This document shows positions 47,229 through 55,806 of a stretch of DNA of 64,000 nt, piece by piece. The number at the start of each line of letters is the position of its first letter. Within the stretch, counting starts at the first letter, position 1. Source of the stretch: Rhodoluna sp. GTDB taxonomy: Bacteria; Actinomycetota; Actinomycetes; Actinomycetales; Microbacteriaceae. The position numbers and the translations under genes are program-made. The stretch is from NCBI GenBank assembly GCA_044342685.1, contig JBIIPK010000006.1, positions 3,566 through 67,565 of the forward strand. The letters are read 5' to 3'. Below the pieces are notes generated by a model that worked only from the letters and a program-made list of their open reading frames with translations, had not been told where the DNA came from and searched no databases.

Positions 47229-48351
47229 TGAATCGGGTAGCGCTTAGTTCACTCGGAACATCCTCTGCTACAGCAGCTGTAATAATCACCTGTTCATTAT
47301 GCGATACAAGAGAAGCCAATCTAGACCTTCTTGTTGAATCAAGCTCAGCAAACACATCGTCCAGGATTAGGACTGGATCTCCCGCTCTTGCATCTTTGCG
47401 AATTAGATCAGCGCTAGCTAACTTCAAAGCAAGAGCGTAAGACCAGGATTCACCGTGACTGATGTATCCCTTTGCAGGTAAGGTTCCCAAGAGTAAAAGT
47501 AAATCGTCTCTATGAGGGCCAACGAGTGTGATTCCTCTTTCTATTTCTTTGCTGCGTACTTCAGCAAGTCGAGATTGGAATAGTTTTTCTATTTCTTGTC
47601 TATCGCCAGTGTTTAGAAAAGATTCTGAATCTGTTGAGTCAACGTCGTTAGTTGAGAGTGAACTTTTTATTCGAATTGATGGATCATTCTTCTCATCGGC
47701 AATTGCTGCATAAGCTGCTTGAAGATATGGGGCTAGACGAGCAGTGATGTCAAAACGTGCAGCGATAATCTCGCTTCCGATTCGTACCAGTGATTGATCC
47801 CATGAATCTAGAGTGCTTAAGCCCGATGAGCTAGCACTCATATTCCTGGCACTTTTTAGAAGAGTGTTGCGCTGTTTAAGGACTCTTTCATAGTCGCTAT
47901 AAACGCCAGCCATTCTTGGTGTGAGTTGAACAATTAGTTCGTCTATAAATGCCCTTCTGTTTGATGGATCTCTTTTGACTATGTCTAGATCTTCAGGGGA
48001 GAAGATGACTGCGTTTACGTATCCAAGAACATCTCTGACTCTAGGGGTTTCACTTTTGTTTATTCTCGCCCTGTTACTACCCTCAGTGTTTAGTTCTAGC
48101 TCAAGTAGGTTTTCGCGATCTTCAAATCTAGCGAGCAGTCGAATGATTGATTTTGTTTCACCTTGTTTGATTAGAGGTAGGTATCCACTTACTCGATGAG
48201 AACTTAAAGTTGCTGAGTAAAAAATTGCTTCAGCCAGGTTTGTTTTTCCTTGGCCGTTTTTACCAACGAGTAAATTGATTCCTTGAGCAAGCGGTAACTC
48301 AACTGTCGAATAATTGCGAAAGTTTGAAAGAGTCAGATGCTTGACGTGCAT
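47194..48351 (-). CDS. recF: DNA replication/repair protein RecF
   Basis: Walker A GKNGQGKTNLAEA, SMC-like signature and Walker B LILDDVFAELD. Confidence 0.9.
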   Translation of the reverse strand: MHVKHLTLSNFRNYSTVELPLAQGINLLVGKNGQGKTNLAEAIFYSATLSSHRVSGYLPLIKQGETKSIIRLLARFEDRENLLELELNTEGSNRARINKSETPRVRDVLGYVNAVIFSPEDLDIVKRDPSNRRAFIDELIVQLTPRMAGVYSDYERVLKQRNTLLKSARNMSASSSGLSTLDSWDQSLVRIGSEIIAARFDITARLAPYLQAAYAAIADEKNDPSIRIKSSLSTNDVDSTDSESFLNTGDRQEIEKLFQSRLAEVRSKEIERGITLVGPHRDDLLLLLGTLPAKGYISHGESWSYALALKLASADLIRKDARAGDPVLILDDVFAELDSTRRSRLASLVSHNEQVIITAAVAEDVPSELSATRFNVRDGSLVAND

Positions 48352-48358
48352 CTAAAAA

Positions 48359-49243
48359 CTAATCTGCTTTCTTAACCGCGTGACCACCAAATTGATTACG
48401 CAGAGCTGCAACAGCTTTCATCGCTGGTGAATCATCTTGACGGCTTGTGAAGCGAGCAAATAGTGAAGCTGTGATTGCCGGCATTGGAACAGCGTTTGCA
48501 ATTCCTTCTTCAACTGTCCAACGACCTTCACCTGAGTCTTCAACGTAACCCTTGATCTTTGACAGAGATGGGTCTTCTTCAAGTGCAAGTACCAGAAGAT
48601 CTAGTAGCCAGGAACGAACAACGGTTCCTCTTTGCCAGGCAGCGAAAGTTCCGTGAACATCCTTGATGATGTCCTTCTTTTCTAGAAGTTCATATCCTTC
48701 AGCGAAAGCTTGCATCATTGCGTATTCGATACCGTTGTGGACCATCTTTGCGTAGTGGCCAGCACCAACATCTCCGACGTGAACAAAACCTTCAGCACGT
48801 TCTCCCTCTGGACGAAGTGCATCAAAGATTGGCATAGCTTGGGCAACCAACTTCTCGTCGCCACCAACCATTAGGCCGTAACCATTTTGTAGACCCCAAA
48901 CTCCACCTGAAACACCACAGTCAAGATATCCAATACCTGTTTCTGCTACTTGAGCTGCGTGGCGAATGTCTTCACTAAAACGAGAGTTTCCACCTTCAAT
49001 AATTAGATCGCCTTGACCCATGTGCTTCTGCAGTTCAGTGATTACATCATCAGTAGCTTTACCGTGAGGAACCATTACCCAAACAATCTTTGGTGATGGA
49101 AGGGCTGCCACTAGTTCTTCAATGCTTCCAACATCAGCAACATTGCGATCACGTGCGTAACCAGTTACTTCAATTCCTTTGTTGCGAAGACGGGTACGCA
49201 TGTTGCCACCCATTTTTCCTAGGCCAATTAGTCCAATGTGCAT
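48359..49243 (-). CDS. gnd: 6-phosphogluconate dehydrogenase (decarboxylating), short Gnd-like form
   Basis: Rossmann GLIGLGKMGGNM and a 6PGD C-domain pattern. The dnaN-gnd-recF order is known from Streptomyces/Micrococcales. Confidence 0.85.
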   Translation of the reverse strand: MHIGLIGLGKMGGNMRTRLRNKGIEVTGYARDRNVADVGSIEELVAALPSPKIVWVMVPHGKATDDVITELQKHMGQGDLIIEGGNSRFSEDIRHAAQVAETGIGYLDCGVSGGVWGLQNGYGLMVGGDEKLVAQAMPIFDALRPEGERAEGFVHVGDVGAGHYAKMVHNGIEYAMMQAFAEGYELLEKKDIIKDVHGTFAAWQRGTVVRSWLLDLLVLALEEDPSLSKIKGYVEDSGEGRWTVEEGIANAVPMPAITASLFARFTSRQDDSPAMKAVAALRNQFGGHAVKKAD

Positions 49244-49272
49244 TTGTTGCCTTTCGATGTTGATGCTTTTGT

Positions 49273-50415
49273 TTAGCGCTTGAGCATGTTCGGGTTTAGA
49301 AGGTACCGATATGTGTCAGGCGAAGCTGCATCTTTGGAGGTTTGGCTTGACATGATGATAGGTCCAGGACGAGACGGGTCTCTCTGGTTTTTAGTGAATT
49401 CAATTTTCACAAATTCGCTAGTAATCTGAGATAGGCCATCGTGGAATAACCAAGGCTTAAATCTCAAGCTAGTTGGGTTTCCATTAAGTGTTGCTTGAAC
49501 AGATTCAGAAGCGTTGTTCTCTGAACTTGTTGAATCAAGGTTTACAGCACCTTCTTCGAATGCGTAACGAATGGTGTCTTCAGATTCATTAACAACAAGT
49601 TCAACACGGCGAGTTGCATCGATTAGGTCTTGCTTGTTAATCACAACTGACTCTTCAAGGTTCGTTGGGAAGTACTGATCAATGTCTGGATAGTTTTCAA
49701 TGTTTAGAACAACTGTTGTTACAACTCTGTTTTTTGCTTGGAAAGCAACCATGCCGCCATCAGGTGCAATCGAAATGCTTACTTCACCTAGGTTTGAGAA
49801 AGTCTTTTCGATGTCTTGCATTGTCTTTGTCAGAACAACAGCTGATGTCTCATCAGGAACATCTTTACCTAGCCACTGAACCTGGCAGCGAGCAATTCTG
49901 TTTGGATCTGCTGCTGTGAAAGTTACTGAGGTTTGTGTAGCTCTTAGTTGAATACCTTTTTGGAAAGGTCTTGTTGAATCTTTTGCTGAGGCAACAGAAA
50001 CTCTTCTAATAGCTGAAATGAAAGCATCTCCATCAATAGTTCCATTCACAGGTGGAATTGGAGGAAGTGTTGGGTACTGCTCGATTGGAAGTGTTGCTAA
50101 TTCAAACTTAGAAGTGCCACAAGTTAGAACTGCTTTTGTGCCATCGATTACGAAAGTCACAGGCTGGTTTGGAAGACGACCAATGATCTCGTTTAGAAGA
50201 CGACCCGAAACCAATGCAGTTCCTGATTGATCCACGTTTGCTACAACATCAGTCTGAGCTGATACGTCGTGGTCAAATACAGAGATTTGAAGTGAGTTTG
50301 CATCAGCAACCAATCTCATACCTGAGAGAACCTGGGAGGTTGGTTTTGACTGAAGCATGCGTGCTGCGAAAGCTACTGCTTCTGCGAGCACATCTCTGTT
50401 GACTTGGAACTTCAC
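49273..50415 (-). CDS. dnaN: DNA polymerase III beta sliding clamp
   Basis: MKFQVNRDVLAEAV start (GTG), 380 aa, three-domain clamp pattern, directly downstream of dnaA. Confidence 0.9.
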   Translation of the reverse strand: MKFQVNRDVLAEAVAFAARMLQSKPTSQVLSGMRLVADANSLQISVFDHDVSAQTDVVANVDQSGTALVSGRLLNEIIGRLPNQPVTFVIDGTKAVLTCGTSKFELATLPIEQYPTLPPIPPVNGTIDGDAFISAIRRVSVASAKDSTRPFQKGIQLRATQTSVTFTAADPNRIARCQVQWLGKDVPDETSAVVLTKTMQDIEKTFSNLGEVSISIAPDGGMVAFQAKNRVVTTVVLNIENYPDIDQYFPTNLEESVVINKQDLIDATRRVELVVNESEDTIRYAFEEGAVNLDSTSSENNASESVQATLNGNPTSLRFKPWLFHDGLSQITSEFVKIEFTKNQRDPSRPGPIIMSSQTSKDAASPDTYRYLLNPNMLKR

Positions 50416-50499
50416 AGTTCACCTTTCGTGGGGATTACTTGGTTAATCTTGGCATAAAACTCACTCGCCATTGGTACAAAGCCCAACCCTAAGAGTTAT

Positions 50500-50665
50500 G
50501 GCCTTTAAATTCTTTAACTCTTTAATCTTTAATAGTCTTATTAACACCTGGGGATAATGTGGATAACTCTATGGAGACCATGAATTACACCTGAACTACA
50601 TCGTTGGAAGTTGTATACACATCTGGGGATAATTCTGTGAATAACTTCTTTAGTTGTGGAATCAA
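50500..50665. other. oriC part 1 (dnaA-dnaN spacer): AT-rich CTTTAA x4 repeat plus two double DnaA-box modules
   Basis: CTTTAA at 50503, 50512, 50520 and 50527. TGGGGATAA 50549-57 abuts the perfect TGTGGATAA 50558-66. TGGGGATAA 50624-32 + 3 nt + TGTGAATAA 50636-44. Weaker TGTGGAAT at 50655-62. Confidence 0.6.
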
Positions 50666-50751
50666 ATTTCTTACCTAACAAGCTTGCTTGGGTTACTAAC
50701 AGAAATATAGGGTTATTACACAGGTTATGAACAGGCGATGTTGAAAACTTA

Positions 50752-52155
50752 TTACTTCAAACCAGACATGATATCGGTGACAAAGTTGTAGATAGATCTA
50801 CGTTCCTTCATCAAGTCACCGACCTTCTTGATTGCGTACATAACCGTTGTGTGGTCTCTACCACCGAAAAGAGCTCCGATTTTAGGAAGAGACATACTTG
50901 TCTTCTCTCGACATAAGTACATGGCAATCTGTCGCCCAGTAACAATTGCTTGAGATCTTGACTTACCAAATAACTCTTCTTGGGTGAGCTTGAAGTAACT
51001 GCAGACAGCTCTAACAATTTCCATAGGAGCGATGCTGTTGCCATCTTCACCCAGGGGTACAACATCCTTTAGAACAGCCTGGACCAATGGCATATCGATC
51101 TGGGTTCTGTTTAGTGCTGCAAAGGCAGTTACTCGGATTAGAGCACCCTCAAGTTCTCGGATGTTTGAGGAAATACGAGCAGCCATGTAATCCAAAATCT
51201 CATCGCTGACACGGATCTTGTCGTTCTCGGCCTTTTTGCGAAGAATCGCGATTCTAGTCTCAAGTTCAGGAGCTTGAATATCGGTCATTAGACCCCACTC
51301 GAAGCGACTTCTCATACGCTCATCAAAACTGTTTAGAAGTTTAGGAGACACATCGCTAGTGATAACAACCTGCTTGCCCTGTTCGTGCAAAGCGTTGAAA
51401 GTGGCGAAGAAAGACTCCTGAGTCTCCTTCTTACCCTGTAGGAATTGGATGTCATCGATTAGTAGAACGTCTACCTGGCGGTATTTTGATTGGAAATTGA
51501 AGCTGGTGTTGGTCTGGATCGCATTGATGAAGTCATTTGTGAAAACTTCACTGGAAACGTAGCGAACCTTCTTGGCTGGCCAGTACTGCTGTACATAGTT
51601 ACCAATGGCGTGCAATAGGTGAGTCTTACCAAGACCTGAGTTTCCGTAGATAAACAGAGGGTTATAGGCATTTGCTGGGACTTCAGCTACGGCGAAAGCT
51701 GCTGCGTGAGCGAACCGGTTTGAGCTTCCCTGGACGAAGCTCTCGAAGGTATAGCGCGGGTTCAACCTTGAAGATCCATCGGTTGGTTGAGAGCTATCTG
51801 CTGAAGAGTAAACAGGAACTACTGTTTCTGGCTCTTCTTCTAATTCAAGGTCAGCCTGCTGATTTGCAGTAAAGGCAAGAGTAAGTTCTGGGTTGACAAC
51901 AATTCCGATGTTGGTAGGTGCCTCGTCTAGTCCAACTGTTGAGAGGGTTTCAAGCAGCGGTTGCTTGATTCTTTGCTCAATGATTCCCCTGGTCATTTCG
52001 TTAGCGACCTGTAAATAGAGTGTTTCACCTAAAACACCTTGGACCGAGATCAAATTGACGAAACCGAGCAGCTGGTTGGTGATGCGTTCGTCCTCTCTGA
52101 GTCTAGAGACGACGTCTTGCCACTGTTCAGTGGTAATTCCAGTCATTTCGGCCAT
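50752..52155 (-). CDS. dnaA: Chromosomal replication initiator DnaA
   Basis: AAA+ Walker A GNSGLGKTHLL, Walker B LLIDDIQF, and C-terminal DnaA-box-binding HTH ...GGRDHTTVMYA. Confidence 0.97.
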   Translation of the reverse strand: MAEMTGITTEQWQDVVSRLREDERITNQLLGFVNLISVQGVLGETLYLQVANEMTRGIIEQRIKQPLLETLSTVGLDEAPTNIGIVVNPELTLAFTANQQADLELEEEPETVVPVYSSADSSQPTDGSSRLNPRYTFESFVQGSSNRFAHAAAFAVAEVPANAYNPLFIYGNSGLGKTHLLHAIGNYVQQYWPAKKVRYVSSEVFTNDFINAIQTNTSFNFQSKYRQVDVLLIDDIQFLQGKKETQESFFATFNALHEQGKQVVITSDVSPKLLNSFDERMRSRFEWGLMTDIQAPELETRIAILRKKAENDKIRVSDEILDYMAARISSNIRELEGALIRVTAFAALNRTQIDMPLVQAVLKDVVPLGEDGNSIAPMEIVRAVCSYFKLTQEELFGKSRSQAIVTGRQIAMYLCREKTSMSLPKIGALFGGRDHTTVMYAIKKVGDLMKERRSIYNFVTDIMSGLK

Positions 52156-52197
52156 GGGTTTCTTTCAAAATTCAATGATTTACTGCTCGTCATGTAG

Positions 52198-52284
52198 TTT
52201 TCCACAACCGAGTCCACAGATATTAACACCTGTGGAGAACCTGTGCATAACTCTAACATTGTGTGTTTTTGAGTCTGTGGAAAA
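52198..52284. promoter_or_regulatory. DnaA-box cluster upstream of dnaA (autoregulation and/or oriC part 2)
   Basis: TTTTCCACA 52198-206, gAGTCCACA 52210-18, TGTGGAGAA 52231-39, TGTGCATAA 52242-50 and TGTGGAAAA 52276-84. Confidence 0.6.
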
Positions 52285-52299
52285 CTATCTCTAGTTATT

Positions 52300-52430
52300 C
52301 AACTGCCTAAGTGAATGAAATTGCAAATCGAAAGGGGAAATTTTTTGACTTAAATCCAAAATGTTATCAAAAGCGCCCATTTTGATCTTTGGAAAATTTC
52401 GATTAATTCAATAAAAATTTTGAATATAAA
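52300..52430. other. Strongly AT-rich tract between the dnaA-upstream boxes and the rpmH promoter (candidate unwinding element)
   Basis: Read directly: ...gaaattttttgacttaaatccaaaatgttatcaaaag...gaaaatttcgattaattcaataaaaattttgaatataaac. Confidence 0.4.
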
Positions 52431-52431
52431 C

Positions 52432-52461
52432 TTGACCCGAGCCCCAATATTGCCGTAAGTT
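52432..52461 (+). promoter_or_regulatory. Candidate rpmH promoter
   Basis: TTGACC (52432-37), an 18-nt spacer, then TAAGTT (52456-61), about 90 nt upstream of the rpmH ATG. Confidence 0.3.
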
Positions 52462-52549
52462 TAACAGGTTGCTCGGCATTGGGTTCACCGGGCACCAGCT
52501 AACTTCACTTTCGACGTGAACCCATAAAAAAGTTTTGGAGTAACACCTC

Positions 52550-52687
52550 ATGAGCAAGCGTACTTTCCAACCTAACACCCGCCGCAGAGCAAAGACTCAC
52601 GGCTTCCGTCTTCGCATGAAGACTCGCGCTGGCCGAGCTATCCTTGCTGCTCGTCGCCGCAAGGGCCGCACCGAACTGTCTGCGTAG
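52550..52687 (+). CDS. rpmH: 50S ribosomal protein L34
   Basis: Not in the ORF track (45 aa). My translation is [49 protein letters not shown] lies 9 nt upstream. Confidence 0.95.
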   Translation: MSKRTFQPNTRRRAKTHGFRLRMKTRAGRAILAARRRKGRTELSA

Positions 52688-52694
52688 TTTCTTC

Positions 52695-53042
52695 ATGCTG
52701 GCTCGAGAGAACCGGCTTATAAGGGCCGAGGATTTTCGAACAACCATGAGATCTGGTCGCAAGGTAGTTGGCGACAGCATGGTTATTTATCTAAAAAACG
52801 ACACTCAATCCAATTCAGCACGTTTCGGATTTGTCGTATCTAAATCTGTGGGATCTGCCGTCGAAAGAAATCTCACGAAAAGAAGACTCAGATCAGCTGT
52901 AAGGAATACCTTGGCTGATTTTCAGAACGGACAGACCCTAGTAGTAAGAGCCCTGCCTTCAATTAAGAGCAAGTCCTGGCAGGATCTTGAAATTGAATTT
53001 AAGGCATGCGTGACTAATGCGGCTAAACAGGTCAATAAGTAA
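52695..53042 (+). CDS. rnpA: Ribonuclease P protein component
   Basis: MLARENRLIRAEDFRTTMRSGRK... The basic 115-aa protein follows rpmH. The track ORF start at 52644 overlaps rpmH and is probably an over-extension. Confidence 0.85.
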   Translation: MLARENRLIRAEDFRTTMRSGRKVVGDSMVIYLKNDTQSNSARFGFVVSKSVGSAVERNLTKRRLRSAVRNTLADFQNGQTLVVRALPSIKSKSWQDLEIEFKACVTNAAKQVNK

Positions 53043-53064
53043 GAGTTGTTAATAAGGTAAACAG

Positions 53065-53388
53065 ATGAAGACACTATTGGTAAACCTCTGGCTCTTGCCT
53101 AGAAATGCCTTTATTGCTTTCATCGTCGTTTGGAGAAAGATCGTCTCTCCTCTGTATGGAGATGTTTGCCGTTTCTACCCTTCCTGCTCTGCTTACGGTT
53201 TAGGCTCTATACAGCAGCACGGTTTGGTAAAAGGTTCTGTTCTAACAACCTGGCGGATACTCAGATGCAACCCATTTTCAAAAGGTGGGATTGATGAAGT
53301 AGCTCCAGGTCCTAAGTGGTTTGGGCTAAGCAGGCACGGGTTTGTGTTTGCTCAGCTAGCAACAGTTTCAATAGATAAGGATAAGTAA
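53065..53388 (+). CDS. yidD: Membrane protein insertion efficiency factor YidD
   Basis: Signature CRFYPSCSAYG...RCNPF..GG.D. Confidence 0.85.
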   Translation: MKTLLVNLWLLPRNAFIAFIVVWRKIVSPLYGDVCRFYPSCSAYGLGSIQQHGLVKGSVLTTWRILRCNPFSKGGIDEVAPGPKWFGLSRHGFVFAQLATVSIDKDK

Positions 53389-54327
53389 ATGGATATATTC
53401 GCAATCATCCTCTGGCCTTTCAAGTGGGTTATCGAGGCTATTCTGGTGACCTTCCACAGCGTCTTGACCACTTTGGGTTTACCAGAAGGCTCTGGAATAA
53501 CCTGGGTTGCATCCATTGTTGGACTAGTTCTAGTTGTTAGAGCCGCTCTGATTCCACTATTCGTGAAGCAGATTAGATCCCAGAGATCTATGTACATTCT
53601 GCAGCCTGACCTTCAGAAGCTTCAGAAGAAGTACAAGGGAAAGACCGACAGAGACTCTCGCGAACGCATGGCTAAAGAGCAGATGGCCCTTTACAAGAAG
53701 CACGGCTCGAGCCCATTTGCCTCATGTCTCCCACTGTTGGCCCAAATGCCTGTTTTCTTCTCGCTTTTCACCACTCTTCAAGAAGCTCAAAACAAGAAGC
53801 CTGGAGTTGGTTTACTAACCCAAGAGCTTTCAGAATCCTTTGCCCGCTCAAAGTTCCTAGGAGCTAGCCTCTCTGAGACCTTCCTTACTGCAACCAGCAC
53901 ATCAGTCCAGATCATCGCAGCAATCATGATCGTTCTGATGACAGGTTCACAGTTCATCACTCAGAAGCAGATTATGGCTAAGAACCAGAACCCTGATGCC
54001 ATGAATTCTCAGTTTGCTCAGACCCAGAAGATCATGCTTTACGCATTCCCAGTAATCTTCCTAATTTCAGGTATCTCATTCCCACTAGGTGTGCTTATTT
54101 ACTGGCTAGTGTCCAACTTCTGGACCATGGGTCAGCAGTACTACGTCATCAAGCGCATGCCAACACCGGGCTCAATTGCCCACACCGAACGTCAAGCTAA
54201 ATTGCTCAAAAAGGGCAAGATTGGCAGCGAAACCCCAGCGGAAGAAATCGAAGCCGCTCCACCAGTACAGCGTGTTCAGCCAGTTTCTAAGGCCAGAGCC
54301 AAGAAGAAGCCGAAGGGCAAGAAGTAG
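53389..54327 (+). CDS. yidC: Membrane protein insertase YidC
   Basis: 5-TMS Oxa1/YidC pattern, GSSP...CLP.L.Q.P.F, basic C-tail KARAKKKPKGKK. Confidence 0.85.
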   Translation: MDIFAIILWPFKWVIEAILVTFHSVLTTLGLPEGSGITWVASIVGLVLVVRAALIPLFVKQIRSQRSMYILQPDLQKLQKKYKGKTDRDSRERMAKEQMALYKKHGSSPFASCLPLLAQMPVFFSLFTTLQEAQNKKPGVGLLTQELSESFARSKFLGASLSETFLTATSTSVQIIAAIMIVLMTGSQFITQKQIMAKNQNPDAMNSQFAQTQKIMLYAFPVIFLISGISFPLGVLIYWLVSNFWTMGQQYYVIKRMPTPGSIAHTERQAKLLKKGKIGSETPAEEIEAAPPVQRVQPVSKARAKKKPKGKK

Positions 54328-54332
54328 GACAA

Positions 54333-54863
54333 ATGTCAGATCAGATTGAAGTACCAGAGAACCAAGAAGAAGTTTCTGAAGCTACTGAGGCAAAAACCTC
54401 AGTCAAGGATCTAGAAGAAGAAGGCGAAGTTGCTGCTGACTATCTAGAAGAACTTCTAGACATTTTCGACCTTGATGGCGACATCAACATTGACGTTCGC
54501 CAGGGCAGAGCCTACTTGGAAGTCACTGCGGACGAAGAGAGCAACCTAAGACTTGTCTCCCACCCAGACACTGTTGAGGCTCTTCAGGAGCTAACTAGGA
54601 TCGCTGTTCAGACCAAAACCCAGTCTTTCAGCCGCCTAATAATTGACATTGCTGGCTCAAGACAGGTTCGTTTGGATGCCTTGACCAGACTGGTAAACAA
54701 GGCAATTGACAAGGTAAAGGACACCAACGCTCCTGTTGCCCTCAAACCAATGAGCTCTTACGACCGCAAGATCTCTCACGATTTGATCGCCGAGGCTGGG
54801 CTTGTTTCTCAGTCTGAAGGCGAAGGCAAAGAACGCCACATTGTGGCGAAGCCTGCCGAATAG
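54333..54863 (+). CDS. jag: Jag/KhpB-type RNA-binding protein (KH + R3H domains)
   Basis: Acidic N-terminus, EGEVAADYLEELLD and a C-terminal R3H-like ...YDRKISHD...SEGEG..R. Confidence 0.8.
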   Translation: MSDQIEVPENQEEVSEATEAKTSVKDLEEEGEVAADYLEELLDIFDLDGDINIDVRQGRAYLEVTADEESNLRLVSHPDTVEALQELTRIAVQTKTQSFSRLIIDIAGSRQVRLDALTRLVNKAIDKVKDTNAPVALKPMSSYDRKISHDLIAEAGLVSQSEGEGKERHIVAKPAE

Positions 54864-54877
54864 TTTCACGTGAAACA
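54862..54877. promoter_or_regulatory. parS: parS centromere site
   Basis: aGTTTCACGTGAAACa: a perfect 14-bp palindromic core of the tGTTTCACGTGAAACa consensus. It overlaps the jag stop codon. Confidence 0.85.
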
Positions 54878-54880
54878 TTC

Positions 54881-54908
54881 AGCCAGGGCTTAGGTCCTGG
54901 CTTTTTGT
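54881..54908 (+). terminator. Candidate terminator/attenuator after jag
   Basis: AGCCAGG-gcttaggt-CCTGGCT followed by TTTTGTTT. Confidence 0.45.
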
Positions 54909-54933
54909 TTAGCCCACCAGATTGGAGTTTCTT

Positions 54934-55587
54934 ATGACTAACCTCGACGAGAACATCGATTACACGCCAGAGGTTGAGCCTAAGGAAGCCCAAGAGGTCT
55001 TCGGTGAATACATAGGGCAAGCTAGACAGTATTTTGACCTATTGGTTAGAGACGGGGATCTACTGGGGCTAATCGGTCCAAGAGAGCTACCAAAACTATG
55101 GTCAAGACACATTCTCAACTCTGCAGTCGTAGCAAATCTAGTCGAAGATGGTCAGGTAGTTGCGGACGTAGGATCTGGAGCAGGCTTTCCCGGAATACCA
55201 ATGGCAATCCTGAGACCAAAGGTCAAATTCGTCCTAATTGAGCCAATGGAAAGGCGGGCTAATTGGCTTGCCGATGTGGTTGTCCCGACTCTAGGGCTTG
55301 AGAACGTAAAGGTCCTTAGGGGTAGAGCCGAAGAGGCTCCGCTTAGAAATTACGATGTCACAACAGCTAGAGCTGTTTCGGCCCTACCCAAGCTACTCAG
55401 AATGCTTGTCCCCTTAACTGCCCCTGGCGGACAGGTTTTGGCGATGAAGGGATCAAAAGCCCAAGACGAAATCGAGGAATCTAAGTCTTTGGCAAAGAAG
55501 CTGAAACTAGAGAGTTTCGAGATTGTCACAGTTGGGGAAAAACTTCTAATTGACCCCACAACCGTCGTTCGGGTTAGGCTACTCTAG
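54934..55587 (+). CDS. rsmG: 16S rRNA (guanine527-N7)-methyltransferase
   Basis: SAM motif DVGSGAGFPGIP. GGAG lies 6 nt before the ATG at 54934 (the track start at 54922 is TTG). Confidence 0.85.
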   Translation: MTNLDENIDYTPEVEPKEAQEVFGEYIGQARQYFDLLVRDGDLLGLIGPRELPKLWSRHILNSAVVANLVEDGQVVADVGSGAGFPGIPMAILRPKVKFVLIEPMERRANWLADVVVPTLGLENVKVLRGRAEEAPLRNYDVTTARAVSALPKLLRMLVPLTAPGGQVLAMKGSKAQDEIEESKSLAKKLKLESFEIVTVGEKLLIDPTTVVRVRLL

Positions 55588-55608
55588 GTAATTGGATAGG
55601 GAGATGTT

Positions 55609-55806
55609 TTGAGTCAAAACAGTAATGCGGATAACGCGTCTTTATCAATGGCTGAGAGCACAGCTGTCGCCAAAAGTCAGGTTGTCCGAGGTCTTGGATA
55701 CCCTAACGGGAGAGAAGAAACAAGTCCTGAAGCGGTTGGCTGGCAGCCAATAACTGAAGAAATAACCACTATTGAGAAGCAGGTTTCACGTGAAACATCC
55801 CGATGA
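55609..55806 (+). other. 65-codon ORF ending ...QVSRETSR*, reading through parS. Possible detached N-terminal extension of ParA (different frame from the parA core)
   Basis: TTG start with GGGAG upstream. The stop TGA at 55804-06 lies 7 nt after parS. See the corresponding finding. Confidence 0.3.

Noticed and set aside
50416-52300. GANTC sites (GAGTC at 52210 and 52271, GAATC at 50659) touching DnaA-box-like sequences. These hinted at CcrM-style methylation control by the orphan methyltransferase.
   Set aside because: About 3 GANTC sites are expected by chance in roughly 730 bp of spacer, so there is no enrichment. The methyltransferase's specificity is also unknown.
52505-52780. 91-aa minus-strand ORF opposite rpmH/rnpA.
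   Set aside because: It is antisense to the unmistakable L34 coding sequence and the rnpA start.
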